A DNA stretch of 64,000 nucleotides from an uncultured bacterium (GCA_903895695.1 CAITUY010000042.1:879-64878), one strand, 5' to 3'. Counted from the first letter of the stretch, positions 28,288 to 38,570 are shown. Numbers and translations: made by a program. Notes: a model not told the origin generated them from the letters alone.

Positions 28288-29707
28288 CCTCTCCGAGCAA
28301 TGACAGCGCCCGCCCCACGAACGTTCCCCAAAGAATCCTCAGGTCCTCGTGCCAGCTACGGCGGAAGGCATAGTAGCGGGCCTCCACGGCGGCCACAGCC
28401 GGTTCGCTCTCGCCGTTCCGGGGCGTGGCATAACTGAAGACGGCGGCGAAATACGCGGGTAAGCTCTCGCGCAGCGCGTTATCCTCCGGGGCCCGCAGCG
28501 GCTCGTGACCGCACAGCCAGAGACGTCCTGCGGCGGCACTGGCCAGGCGCGGCAGCAGGTCCAACCCCAGGGCGCGAAACAGTCGCACTGACGGACACAT
28601 ACGCCCGCCCGCCGACGGCCGAAACGTACTCAGCATCCTCACCTTCCGGCCCGTTCCATGGAAGGCGCGCCGCTCGAAACGCGCCAGCCTCCGCGTTCGC
28701 AGCCAGCCATACAACAGGATGAAGGGCACGATCTGCACGGCAAGCAGGAGCAGCGCCAGCAACCAGCCCGCCACGCCGCTCCACACATCGCGAAGACGGA
28801 ACGGCCGCTTCACGTTGGCCAGCAGCAACGAGTCCTCCAAGTCCACGACCATGCCATCCTGCGGATCGATAAGCCGGCGCCCGGCCGCAATCTTGTCCCG
28901 CAGTTCGACGCCCCGCCCCACGTACGTACCGTCCAGAACCACACAACGCTTGAGATCGGCCTGACGATCGATGACCGTGTGATTTCCGATCACGGCCGCC
29001 GGCCCCACCGATGCAAGCACGCCGATGCGGCACTCGTTGCCGATGACGACCGGCGGCGTCACGCGGGCCGAAGGAGGAATGATGACGTTGTAGCCCACCC
29101 AGGACCCGTCCGTGGCGCCGTAACCCGGGGTCACGTACCGGCCCGCCTCGCCCTGGGCCAGTTGCATATTCAAGTCGAAGAACGCCCTGACCGAGTCGAC
29201 GGTCGCCATGTCGATGCCAAGGTCCCGGAAGGACCGCGGCTCGGCCGTCGGGCGTGTGCCGGCCAAATACGCGTCCAGGAAAACCGGGTCCTGGCTCAAC
29301 AGGCAGGCCGCCCCGCCGGGCAACCCGCACCCATAAGTCCGATCGGCCGCCGGCGCGTCGGGCTTCCGTTCGAAACGCCGCCGTGGGAACATGGGGCCAG
29401 TCAAGAAGAGCAATCCGTCCCGCCACTCCGCGGGATTGCGCTGCAGAAAAGTCGCGGGCAGTCGATCGTCCCGCAAGAAGCTGTAGGTAATGCGCAGCCC
29501 CCACCGGCGGCCGTCCTCGGCATAGGCTTCCACCCGGTCCGAGCCGTCGCCCAGCACCAGCCGCACCTCCGCCACGCCGAGATCCAGGCACCATTCCATC
29601 CAGTAGTCGAGCAGCGGCCGGTTGGCCACCGGCGCCAATGGCCAGGGAATGCCGCCCAGCGAGCGAGTCCAGCCCGGATTCTCCCCCGTGTAGATGACCG
29701 CTTTCAT
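28271..29707 (-). CDS. Degenerate NDP-sugar pyrophosphorylase-like / LbH domain fused to a degenerate sugar-transferase-like domain
   Basis: P.PL.PVANRPLL and DG..WG..I.Y, a hexapeptide region, a TM helix, then LDLLPRL..G.LWLCG.EP and YY..RSW.EDL.IL. Confidence 0.75.
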   Translation of the reverse strand: MKAVIYTGENPGWTRSLGGIPWPLAPVANRPLLDYWMEWCLDLGVAEVRLVLGDGSDRVEAYAEDGRRWGLRITYSFLRDDRLPATFLQRNPAEWRDGLLFLTGPMFPRRRFERKPDAPAADRTYGCGLPGGAACLLSQDPVFLDAYLAGTRPTAEPRSFRDLGIDMATVDSVRAFFDLNMQLAQGEAGRYVTPGYGATDGSWVGYNVIIPPSARVTPPVVIGNECRIGVLASVGPAAVIGNHTVIDRQADLKRCVVLDGTYVGRGVELRDKIAAGRRLIDPQDGMVVDLEDSLLLANVKRPFRLRDVWSGVAGWLLALLLLAVQIVPFILLYGWLRTRRLARFERRAFHGTGRKVRMLSTFRPSAGGRMCPSVRLFRALGLDLLPRLASAAAGRLWLCGHEPLRAPEDNALRESLPAYFAAVFSYATPRNGESEPAVAAVEARYYAFRRSWHEDLRILWGTFVGRALSLLGEDANHA

Positions 29708-30045
29708 CCGCAGGCTTTGACGGCTTCCTCCACGGTGTCGAGGATGTCGAAGACCTTGTACGCCCGCGTGATCTCGAACACCATGCGGGCCTTCTTCTGC
29801 AAACGCGCGATCTTCAGGTCGCCGCCGCGTTCCGAGACGCGCTTCAGCAGGGCGATCAGCGTGCCCAGTCCAGCGCTGTCGAGGAATTCGACGCCGCCCA
29901 GATCCACCACCACGTTGCGCAGTTCCGGCGCGCCCTGCCACCAGCTCCCGAACTGGTCGCGAAAGGAGTCCACCCCGGCGGCCGTCAGCGGCCCGTTCAC
30001 CGTCACAACCCCCACGCCCTGCATCACCCCGAACGTCGTTTCCAT
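29704..30045 (-). CDS. STAS anti-anti-sigma-type protein
   Basis: VVVDLGGVEFLDSAGLG with the phospho-acceptor Ser. AAGGAG RBS before ATG 30045. Confidence 0.93.
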   Translation of the reverse strand: METTFGVMQGVGVVTVNGPLTAAGVDSFRDQFGSWWQGAPELRNVVVDLGGVEFLDSAGLGTLIALLKRVSERGGDLKIARLQKKARMVFEITRAYKVFDILDTVEEAVKACG

Positions 30046-30071
30046 GTTTCTCCTTGTCCTCCGGCCCCGGC

Positions 30072-30806
30072 TCAGTAGGCCCCGCGCCCCAACAACACGG
30101 CCGGCACCGTCTTCAGAATGATCACAATATCCTTCCAGATGCTCTGACTGTGGATGTACTCCAGATCCAGCCGCACCTGCTGGGCAAACGGAATCTCGGA
30201 GCGTCCCTGAATCTGCCACAGGCAGGTCAGCCCGGACTTCACGTGCAGCCGCTTGCGGTCGGCCAGCGTGTACTGCGCGACCTCCCGCGGCACGGGCGGC
30301 CGCGGCCCCACCACGGCCAGGTCGCCGACGAGTACATTCAGCACCTGCGGCGCCTCGTCAATACTGTACCGGCGGATGAAGCGGCCGACGCGCGTCACGC
30401 GCGGGTCGTTCTTCATCTTGAAGATTACGCCACCGGTAGACTCGTTCTGCGCCAGCAGGGCGTCCTTGCGCTTTTCGGCATCGCGATACATGGAACGGAA
30501 TTTATAGAAACGGAAGAGGCGGCCATTGAGGCCGACGCGATCCTGGGCGAAGAACACGGGCCAGCCGTCCTCCAGCACGATCGCCAGCGCGACGCCCAGA
30601 AACAGCGGCGAAAAGAGGATCAAGGCGGTGAGCGACACCGCGACATCCATGAAGCGCTTGAGGACAAAAAGACTGGTCAGACCCGCTTCCCAGATCCGCA
30701 ACCGGATCCTCTGCCTGACCTGCAATACGCGCATGCCGGTACGCGAAGCCGGCAGGTTCAGCGAATCGAAGAGTTCCCGTCGTGCTTGGTAGATGGCTTC
30801 GTTCAT
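30072..30806 (-). CDS. Priming phosphoglycosyltransferase (bacterial sugar transferase)
   Basis: KRFMD, FYKFRSM, DPRVTRVG.FIR..SIDE.PQ..NV..GD...VGPRP, GLT.LWQ..GR. Confidence 0.95.
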   Translation of the reverse strand: MNEAIYQARRELFDSLNLPASRTGMRVLQVRQRIRLRIWEAGLTSLFVLKRFMDVAVSLTALILFSPLFLGVALAIVLEDGWPVFFAQDRVGLNGRLFRFYKFRSMYRDAEKRKDALLAQNESTGGVIFKMKNDPRVTRVGRFIRRYSIDEAPQVLNVLVGDLAVVGPRPPVPREVAQYTLADRKRLHVKSGLTCLWQIQGRSEIPFAQQVRLDLEYIHSQSIWKDIVIILKTVPAVLLGRGAY

Positions 30807-32470
30807 CAGGGTCTCCCCGACCGTTCAGCCAGCACCCTACCAAAGTCCCGATCCACGGCAAAGAACGCAATGTTCTCGCTTTCGCGCCGGTAGAACTCGG
30901 CGTGGACGGAAACCGACTGGATGATACCCAGGCCACGCCCGTGTTCGCGGTCCTCAGGCTGGCGGCGGGTCGCGGCCAGTTGGCTCGCGAAATCCCAGGC
31001 GCGGCCCTGATCACGGAATAGCACCCGGCACACGGAACCGGTCAGCCGCACCTGGAACCCGATGGCGGCCCCGGCGGGCGGCCGGCCGTGAGTGACGATG
31101 TTGGTGCCGTGCTCCATGACTGCCAGTTGCACGGCCCCGGCCGACTCCTCGGACCAACCTCGCGCCTGCAGCAGGCGGTCCGCCTGCGCCGCGACATCGG
31201 CCATGGCCGCCAACTCGGGCGCCAGGGAAGTTTCCAGCAACACCGAAGCGGGATCGATCCGTTGCACGGCCAGCGCGCTGCAGTCGTCCTCGCCCAGCTC
31301 GAAACCCTCCTGGCGTAGCACTGCCAGCACGCTGGCCGCCGGGTCGATCGTGCGCGGGTCCCCGACGATGCGGCGCACCAGTTCGCCCAGCCGTGCCACC
31401 CCGCAGGGCTCGCCGCTTGTGCGGTGCCGGGCTTCCAGGAGGCCGTCCGTGACCAGGAACAGGGTCGACCCCTGTTCCGCCTCTGCCCCAGTCTGCTGTC
31501 CGGCCTCGTACGGCGGCGTTTCAAGAAACGAAAACCCGATCGGCACGTCGCCGCCGCCGCTCAACCGCCCGGACACGTCCGTGCCGTCGGCTCGCACCAG
31601 GAGCGGCTCGGGATGTCCACAGTTCATACAGATCCACTGCCAGCGAGTCGTGTCCAGGATCGCCAGGAACAGGGTGGCGTATAGCTCCGGGTTCTCGACG
31701 TGGTACCGGAACCGGGAGTGTATCTCGCGGCACACGGCGGCGGGCCCCAGCGCGGCGAAACCACGGGCGGCCTCCGTAATGACGGCTTTGAGGAGAGATG
31801 AAACGATGGCCGGCGCCACGCCATGGCCGGCCACATCCCCCGCGTAAACGCACAGCCGGCCATCCGGCAGCGGCAGGGCATCGAACACGTCGCCGCCAAT
31901 AGTCAGGCTGGGCTGATAGGTCATGGTGACCTCGTAGCCGTTGCCGAACAGGGGGTACGTGGAGAAGAGCTTGCGCTGCAGCGAACCGGCCACCTCCAGT
32001 TCACGCGACATCTTTTGCTGCCACAACCGCAATTCGTCCGTGCTGCGTTTCAAGGCCAGGGCGTTGCGCACGCGGGCCAGCAGTTCCCGGGCATAGTACG
32101 GCTTACGGATGTAGTCGAAGGCGCCCAGGACCAGCCCGCGCTCCACCTCTTCGATCTCCTTGCGGGCCGTCACGAGGATCACGCTGATGTCCCGCGTGCG
32201 AGGATCCTGCTTGAGGCGCTCCAACACTTCGTGACCGGTAAGCCCGGGCATCATGACATCCACCAGGGCCAGATCCGGAAGATGCTGCTGCGCGAGTTGC
32301 AGGGCGCTGGTGCCATCCGCCGCCTCGAGCACCTCGCAGCCGCGCTGGGTCAGTAGCTTGCGAAGCACGGCCCGATTGGGCAGATCGTCGTCGGCAATCA
32401 GCACCCGGCCGTGAAGGGCCTCCAAGGTCCGGAGCGGTTCAGCGACGGGCGCGGGGGGACGGTCAGCCAT
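30806..32470 (-). CDS. REC - PP2C/SpoIIE phosphatase - RsbW-type Ser kinase fusion (HsbR-like architecture)
   Basis: REC (ADDD, VDVMMP, KP). PP2C (GGDVFD, GDVAGHG, TDGL.E, DDCS). HATPase (E.GTNIV.HG, DQG, EHGRGL). Confidence 0.92.
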   Translation of the reverse strand: MADRPPAPVAEPLRTLEALHGRVLIADDDLPNRAVLRKLLTQRGCEVLEAADGTSALQLAQQHLPDLALVDVMMPGLTGHEVLERLKQDPRTRDISVILVTARKEIEEVERGLVLGAFDYIRKPYYARELLARVRNALALKRSTDELRLWQQKMSRELEVAGSLQRKLFSTYPLFGNGYEVTMTYQPSLTIGGDVFDALPLPDGRLCVYAGDVAGHGVAPAIVSSLLKAVITEAARGFAALGPAAVCREIHSRFRYHVENPELYATLFLAILDTTRWQWICMNCGHPEPLLVRADGTDVSGRLSGGGDVPIGFSFLETPPYEAGQQTGAEAEQGSTLFLVTDGLLEARHRTSGEPCGVARLGELVRRIVGDPRTIDPAASVLAVLRQEGFELGEDDCSALAVQRIDPASVLLETSLAPELAAMADVAAQADRLLQARGWSEESAGAVQLAVMEHGTNIVTHGRPPAGAAIGFQVRLTGSVCRVLFRDQGRAWDFASQLAATRRQPEDREHGRGLGIIQSVSVHAEFYRRESENIAFFAVDRDFGRVLAERSGRP

Positions 32471-32876
32471 GAGGATGTCCTCCGGCCGGGTTCAAGGTGT
32501 CGACCCAGCGGCTCAGTTGCTCCGCAAATGCCGCACAGCGAGTCCACTCCTCGGTGCGCGCCGCGTGGCTGAGTTCCCGGCCGACAACCGAGATCTCGGG
32601 AAATCCGAGGGTACCACCCATGCCTTCCAGCGAATGCCCCTTGTCCCGGATGGCTTGCGCATCGCGCCGCGCGCACGCCGCGGTCAGTGTGTCCGCGGTC
32701 GTCCGCATCTTCTCTGCGAACAGTCCGAGAATCTCGGAATCGATCACGTCCGTATCCACCTGATACTCGGCCGCCTGGATGACGATGTCGGGCACGAGCG
32801 AGAGGAACAACTCTCGCGCCGCCGCCGCGGCCACCCGCGTGGCGCTGCCTCCGCCGACGTGTTCAGGCTGGGTCAC
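32463..32876 (-). CDS. Stand-alone Hpt phosphotransfer protein
   Basis: GHSLEGMGGTLGFPEIS (H-x-L-[K/E]-G). Probable GTG start just after the glgP stop. Confidence 0.82.
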   Translation of the reverse strand: MTQPEHVGGGSATRVAAAAARELFLSLVPDIVIQAAEYQVDTDVIDSEILGLFAEKMRTTADTLTAACARRDAQAIRDKGHSLEGMGGTLGFPEISVVGRELSHAARTEEWTRCAAFAEQLSRWVDTLNPAGGHPHG

Positions 32877-32878
32877 GG

Positions 32879-35374
32879 TCAGGAGCCTTTCCGCCGACGC
32901 TTGGGTACGTCGGCCGGCGCCATTCGAATCGGCACGGGTTGCAGGCCCCAGATCTCGCCTGCGTACTCCCGGATCGTACGATCGCTGGAAAAATGGCCCG
33001 TCCGGGCCACGTTGAGAACCGCCTTGCGCGCCCACTCCCCGGGCCGGCCAAACAGGTCCGCCGCCCGGGCCTGCGTCTCGACGTAATCCCGGTAATCCGC
33101 CAAATGAAAATAGCGATCACCCCACTCCGTCAGCGCGCGATACACGTCCTCGAACAGGCCGGGGCTCGACCTGCAAAACGTATTGGCCTGCAGCATCCCG
33201 ACGACGGCCCACAGTTCGGGGTCCCGGGCCAGCCAGGCCCACGGATCGTAGCCGCCGGCACGCAGGGCTTCCAGTTCCTCGGCCTTGTGGCCGAAGATGA
33301 AAATGTTGTCGGCCCCCACCGCCTCGGCAATCTCAATGGTGGCGCCATCCCAGGTGCCGATGGTCAACGCGCCGTTCAAGGCCAGCTTCATGTTTCCCGT
33401 CCCCGACGCTTCGGTGCCGGCCGCGGAAATCTGCTCGGAAAGGTCGGCCGCCGGCACGATCTGCTCGGCCAGGGAGACGCAGTAGTCGGGCAGAAACACG
33501 ACCTTCAGGCGGTCGCCGACCTGGGGGTCGTTGTTGATGGTCGCGGCCAGCTCGTTGATCAGCTTGATGATGCGCTTGGCCATGTGATAACCCGGGGCCG
33601 CCTTGGCGCCGAAGAGACAGACGCGCGGCGTCGAGCTGAACCCGGGTTGTTCCTTAATGCGTCGGTACAGCGTCATGATGTGCAGCGCATTCAACAACTG
33701 CCGCTTGTACTCGTGCAGCCGCTTGATCTGCACATCGAACAGCGCCGCCGGATCCACCTGCACGCCGGTCCGCTCGCGGATCACTTGCGCCAACGCCTGC
33801 TTCTGACTGCGCTTGACGGCGAGAAAGGCTTCGCAGAATGCCGGGTCGTCTGCCTGGGGCTCCAATTCCTGCAGGTGCTCGGGTTCGCGCAACCAGCGGT
33901 CGCCGATGGCCCCGGTCACCAGCGCCGCGAGGCCGGGATTGCATTGCAGCAGCCAGCGCCGCTGGGTCACGCCGTTGGTCTTGTTGTTGAATCGTTCCGG
34001 CCACAAAGAGGCGAAGTCCGGCACCAGCCGGGTCTTCACCAGCTCGGTATGAAGGCGCGCAACGCCGTTGACGGAATGGCTGCCCACGATGCCCAGGTGC
34101 GCCATGCGGACCTGCTTGACATCACCTTCCTCGATCACCGACATGCGGCGCAGCCGGTCCGTGTCGCCTGGATAGACTTCGGCGACCTGGGTGAGAAAGC
34201 GGCGGTTGATCTCGTAAATGATCTGCAAATGTCGCGGCAGCACCCGTTCCATGAGCGGCACCGGCCATTTCTCCAGTGCCTCGGGCAGCAGCGTGTGGTT
34301 GGTGTACCCCAGCGTACGCACCGTCTGCTCCCAGGCTGGCTCCCACGGCATGTCGTGCTCGTCCACGAACAGGCGCATCAGTTCCGCCACGGCCAGCACC
34401 GGGTGCGTATCGTTCATCTGGATGGCGTTGCGTTCGGCAAAACGCTCCGTCGTGCGGTGATTCTTGAGATGACGGCGCAGGAGGTCACGCAGCGAGCAGG
34501 CCACCAGGAAATATTCCTGCAGCAGCCGCAACTCGCGGCCCGCGCTCGTGTTGTCCGAGGGATACAGGACTTTGCTGATGTTCTCGGCCCAGTTCTTCTC
34601 CTCCACGGCCCGCACGTAATCGCCCTGGTTGAACACATCCAGGCGGAAGCCCTGGGTCGCGCGCGAACTCCAGAGTCGAAGAAAGTTGACCGTGTTCACG
34701 CCGTAGCCGAGCACCGGCAGATCGTAAGGAATGCCCTCGAACATCTGCCAATCGAGCCAGACCGGGCGCGCGGGGCCGCCATGGGCGCCGGCCACGTTCT
34801 CGATCCGGCCGTACGCCAGCACCGGGACGGCATACTCGGGACGCACCATTTCCCACGGGCAGCCGTACTTCAGCCAGTCATCCGGCGACTCCTGCTGCCA
34901 GCCATTGGCGAACTCCTGGCGGAACATACCGTGCTCGTAGCGGATCCCGTAGCCGTAGCCGGGGTACTCCTGTGTCGCCAGGGAATCGAGGAAGCAGGCG
35001 GCCAGCCGCCCCAGGCCGCCGTTGCCCAGGCCGGCGTCGGGCTCGAGCGCCGCCAGCCGCGCCGGGGCGAGGTCGAGCAGCTGCAGCGCCTCGACGACGG
35101 CCGGCCCCAAATTCAGGGCCAGGGCGTTCGAGGTCAGCAACCGGCCGATGAGGAATTCCAGCGACAGGTAATACATCCGCTTTACATCCCGCGCCAGATA
35201 CTCGTTCTGGGTGGCAATCATGCGGTCCACGACCAGGTCATTGAGGGCCTTGGAAAGCCCGACCAGTTTGTCGTAATCCGTGGCGACCGCCCAGTCCTTG
35301 CAGCGTGAGTAGCGCACGTGGTGGCGAATGCTTTCGGCTAATTGTTCGGCCGTCATCGGCGGACGTGTGGTCAT
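32879..35374 (-). CDS. glgP: Glycogen/starch phosphorylase
   Basis: GLGNGGLGRLAACFLDS, NDTHP, KRLHEYKRQ, PLP-lysine motif EASGTGNMK. GAAGGAG RBS before ATG 35374. Confidence 0.97.
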   Translation of the reverse strand: MTTRPPMTAEQLAESIRHHVRYSRCKDWAVATDYDKLVGLSKALNDLVVDRMIATQNEYLARDVKRMYYLSLEFLIGRLLTSNALALNLGPAVVEALQLLDLAPARLAALEPDAGLGNGGLGRLAACFLDSLATQEYPGYGYGIRYEHGMFRQEFANGWQQESPDDWLKYGCPWEMVRPEYAVPVLAYGRIENVAGAHGGPARPVWLDWQMFEGIPYDLPVLGYGVNTVNFLRLWSSRATQGFRLDVFNQGDYVRAVEEKNWAENISKVLYPSDNTSAGRELRLLQEYFLVACSLRDLLRRHLKNHRTTERFAERNAIQMNDTHPVLAVAELMRLFVDEHDMPWEPAWEQTVRTLGYTNHTLLPEALEKWPVPLMERVLPRHLQIIYEINRRFLTQVAEVYPGDTDRLRRMSVIEEGDVKQVRMAHLGIVGSHSVNGVARLHTELVKTRLVPDFASLWPERFNNKTNGVTQRRWLLQCNPGLAALVTGAIGDRWLREPEHLQELEPQADDPAFCEAFLAVKRSQKQALAQVIRERTGVQVDPAALFDVQIKRLHEYKRQLLNALHIMTLYRRIKEQPGFSSTPRVCLFGAKAAPGYHMAKRIIKLINELAATINNDPQVGDRLKVVFLPDYCVSLAEQIVPAADLSEQISAAGTEASGTGNMKLALNGALTIGTWDGATIEIAEAVGADNIFIFGHKAEELEALRAGGYDPWAWLARDPELWAVVGMLQANTFCRSSPGLFEDVYRALTEWGDRYFHLADYRDYVETQARAADLFGRPGEWARKAVLNVARTGHFSSDRTIREYAGEIWGLQPVPIRMAPADVPKRRRKGS

Positions 35375-35409
35375 GTCTTTGGCTCCTTCATCCCGGATAA
35401 ATACATTCA

Positions 35410-35492
35410 ACTACGAAACACGCGAAAGGCGCGAAAGAAATCCCGCTTGCCTAATGATGCATAGCTTTCGCGAATTTCGCGTGTTTCGTAGT
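35410..35492. repeat. 28-bp inverted repeat built from tandem nonamers (CACGCGAAA-like)
   Basis: ACTACGAAA CACGCGAAA GGCGCGAAA G ... C TTTCGCGAA TTTCGCGTG TTTCGTAGT, 26/28 match, 27-nt loop. Confidence 0.88.
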
Positions 35493-35496
35493 GGCT

Positions 35497-38400
35497 TCAA
35501 ACAGTCTTGCTTTCGATTCCGCCGCCCCAGCGTGCCAGAACCCTTTTGAGATCGTCCAGGCGGATGGGCTTGGCCACGTAATCATCCATCCCGGCCGACA
35601 GGCACTTTTCGCGGTCCCCTTCCAAGGCATGCGCTGTCATGGCGACAATGGGAAGCCGGCCACCCGCCGCCGTCTCGCTCGCGCGGATGCGCCGCGTGGC
35701 TTCATAGCCGTCCATGTCGGGCATCTGGCAATCCATGAAGACCATGGCATACGACATCCGCTTTACGGCTTCCAGAGCTTCGAGGCCGTTGGCGGCCGCG
35801 TCGACGCACCCATAGCCCAGCTTGGCGAGCTGTCGCAGCGCCACCTTCTGGTTCACGGGGTTGTCTTCCACGAGAAGCAGACGCGCCGGGTTGGACGCCA
35901 AGACGGCCTGATCGCCGTCCGCCCGGGGCACTTCGTGGGCCGGCGCGGCTTTCGACGGGGGCTCGAGCGCTGTCGCCAACGCATCCCACAGCAGGGACTG
36001 TTTCACGGGCTTGTTCAGGACCTGGACGCCCCGGATCCCGCGAATACGCTCGGTTTCCGCCGACGGTCCCCAGGACGTCATCACGATCAGGCGCAAGGAT
36101 TCCAGGGCGGGGTCGGCCCTGATGGCTTGGGCGAGCTGGGCGCCGTCCATGTCGGGCATCATCATGTCCAGCAGGAGCAAATCGTAGGGATGGCCGTCGG
36201 CAGCGGCCTGGCGCAACGCATCCAGCGCGGCCTGCCCGCGGCCGAACTGATCCGGTTTCAGCCCCCACGACTCCAGTTGGCGATCGAGAATCAAGAGGTT
36301 TGTCTCGTTGTCGTCCAGCAGCAACACGCGCAAACCCTGCAGGGCGACAGGTCGCACCGGGCTCCGGGGTTGCGGTTCCTCCGTGGTCTGCACCGGAATC
36401 ACAAACCAGAAGACTGAGCCCCGTTCCGGCTGGCTTTCCACGCCCATGCTCCCGCCCATCAGCGACACGAGACGCCTGCAGATGGCCAGGCCCAGTCCGG
36501 TGCCGCCGTAGCGCCGGGCCGCCGAATTGTCGACCTGCGTGAACGGCTGAAAGAGTCGGGCCTGGTCTTCCGGCGCGATGCCGATACCCGTGTCCCGCAC
36601 CTCGAAGCGCAGCCAGGCGGTGGCGTCCTCCCGGCGATCGAGCGCCACCTTCACGACCACCTCTCCACTCTCGGTAAACTTGATGGCGTTGGTGATCAGG
36701 TTGATCAGGATCTGGCGGATACGGCCGGCATCGCCGCGCAGCCCGGCCGGGACCTCGGGCGCGATGCTCGACATCGTCTCCAGCCGTTTGGCCGCCGCCC
36801 GTTGCGCCAGCAGGTCGAGAGCGCTTTCCACGGTGCCGACCAGATCGAACGCCTCCGACTCGATCGTCATCTTCCCCGCCTCGATCTTGGAAAAGTCCAG
36901 GATGTCGTTGATCAGCGTCAATAGGGCTTCGCCGCTGCCGCTGATCGTCTCGACGTAGTCGCGCTGTTCGTCCGTCAGTTGAGTCTGCAGCAGCAATCCG
37001 GTCAGGCCGATAACGGCGTTCATGGGCGTTCGGATCTCGTGGCTCATGTTGGCCAGAAAGTCGCTCTTGGCCTGATTGGCGGCCTCGGCCGCCACGGCCA
37101 GGCGGTTGGCGCGCTCGATGGCCTGCTGCAGCTCGGCATGGGATTCTTCCAGGCTGGCGCTGGATTTCTCGAGATCTTCCAGCATGCGGCGGTTGAGATG
37201 CAGACCCGCAAACAGAGCCAGCACGAGCAAGGTCAGGACGAAGGAAAGGCCCAGTCCCGCGAGCCGGTGACGCGCGATAGCGCCTTGGATTAGCCGGTGA
37301 TCCACGTCCATGCCCAGGACCGCCTCGACGCGCCCCCCCGCTGGATCCTTGAGCGGCGCAAAGCCGCTCATCCAGACACCCCACCGGTCCTTCAGCGGAT
37401 CCTCGGCAAATGACGCGCCCGAATCGAGCAAGGCACCCAGCCGCGGGACGGCCTCGTCGTACACCTGCCCCGGCGGCGACCGATCAGGCGAGTCGGCCGG
37501 CTCAGAGTCGGCAAGAAAGACGACCTTGCCCGCGCGACGCACCATGACGTAGACGAAACGCACGTCGAGACTCGTCAGGCGGATCCGCTGGAGGCGCTCG
37601 CACAGGCGACGATAGCTCGGGCTGCTTTCATCCGCCGCCGCCCCTTTCAACTCGGTCAGCCAGGTCTGGTCGATCGCGGCCGCGGCCGTTTCCACGCGCG
37701 ACAGTAGCATCTGGCTCTGTGTGCGGTGGCCATAGGCGCCAACGAGGTTCGTCAATTTCAGGCAGGCTAACAAGGTGAGCCCGACGGCCAACAGCCCCCA
37801 CAACATGAGGTTGCCGCTGCGCGCGCCTGACGGACGCAGGGCGGCGGTCGCGTGATCGTCGTTCAGGACGACGACGAGCATGACCAGGAAACCGGCGGCC
37901 AAGAGCGGCTGGAACAGCGCCGAAATGGTATCCAGGACGATGCGCGGCGGCCAGGTGGCAGTCGGCACGGCGCTCGCGATGGTAGGCACAGACCATGCCA
38001 CACTGCAAAGGGCCAGCAATGACGCCGCCGCGTACAAACGCCATCGCCCGACGGCCGGCGATTGGCCGGCAACCCAATACAGGCGGACCGCGCCCCACAG
38101 GCCCGCCACCAACTGCAGCGCGCCCAGCGAGATGCGGTCGGCGCCGGGGTACTTCTGGAGCACCCCCACAACGACGGCCGCGCCCTGGGGAATCAGGACG
38201 CCGGCGACGAACCGGCCGCGCGGATGGGCTTCGCCATGGCAGGCAAACTGGAGCAGCCCGAGAAAGGCGAGGAGTTGGGCGATCACCGCCATCGTCAGAA
38301 GGTGGGGCTCGTCGGCCAACACCGACGCCGTAAGCTCCAAGCCGCGGCTGACGCCCAGGAGCCCTCCGAATACCACCAGCCACCACCACCCCAAGCCGAA

Positions 38401-38502
38401 GCGACGGCGACCGAGGGTTGCACACGCCACGCTCAACGTGATGAGAATCATCCCGTTGGCGAAAAGCAGCCAGTCAGCCTGAGCAGCCAGAAAGGTTGTC
38501 AT
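35497..38502 (-). CDS. Membrane hybrid sensor histidine kinase (multi-TM, extracytoplasmic sensor, HisKA, HATPase, two REC)
   Basis: [41 protein letters not shown]1 LLDMMMP, REC2 FMDCQMP. Confidence 0.96.
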   Translation of the reverse strand: MTTFLAAQADWLLFANGMILITLSVACATLGRRRFGLGWWWLVVFGGLLGVSRGLELTASVLADEPHLLTMAVIAQLLAFLGLLQFACHGEAHPRGRFVAGVLIPQGAAVVVGVLQKYPGADRISLGALQLVAGLWGAVRLYWVAGQSPAVGRWRLYAAASLLALCSVAWSVPTIASAVPTATWPPRIVLDTISALFQPLLAAGFLVMLVVVLNDDHATAALRPSGARSGNLMLWGLLAVGLTLLACLKLTNLVGAYGHRTQSQMLLSRVETAAAAIDQTWLTELKGAAADESSPSYRRLCERLQRIRLTSLDVRFVYVMVRRAGKVVFLADSEPADSPDRSPPGQVYDEAVPRLGALLDSGASFAEDPLKDRWGVWMSGFAPLKDPAGGRVEAVLGMDVDHRLIQGAIARHRLAGLGLSFVLTLLVLALFAGLHLNRRMLEDLEKSSASLEESHAELQQAIERANRLAVAAEAANQAKSDFLANMSHEIRTPMNAVIGLTGLLLQTQLTDEQRDYVETISGSGEALLTLINDILDFSKIEAGKMTIESEAFDLVGTVESALDLLAQRAAAKRLETMSSIAPEVPAGLRGDAGRIRQILINLITNAIKFTESGEVVVKVALDRREDATAWLRFEVRDTGIGIAPEDQARLFQPFTQVDNSAARRYGGTGLGLAICRRLVSLMGGSMGVESQPERGSVFWFVIPVQTTEEPQPRSPVRPVALQGLRVLLLDDNETNLLILDRQLESWGLKPDQFGRGQAALDALRQAAADGHPYDLLLLDMMMPDMDGAQLAQAIRADPALESLRLIVMTSWGPSAETERIRGIRGVQVLNKPVKQSLLWDALATALEPPSKAAPAHEVPRADGDQAVLASNPARLLLVEDNPVNQKVALRQLAKLGYGCVDAAANGLEALEAVKRMSYAMVFMDCQMPDMDGYEATRRIRASETAAGGRLPIVAMTAHALEGDREKCLSAGMDDYVAKPIRLDDLKRVLARWGGGIESKTV

Positions 38503-38570
38503 CACGCCTGCTTCTATCACGCGCCGCCGCGCCGATCAAGCCGCAGGGCTGATGACGGGGGCCCCGGGTG

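Noticed and set aside
32939..35308. Long antisense ORFs (e.g. 789 aa opposite glgP, 523 aa opposite the PMM, 505 aa opposite the polymerase, 580 aa opposite the secreted protein)
   Set aside because: Shadow frames expected in high-GC coding DNA. They have no motifs and fully overlap well-supported genes.
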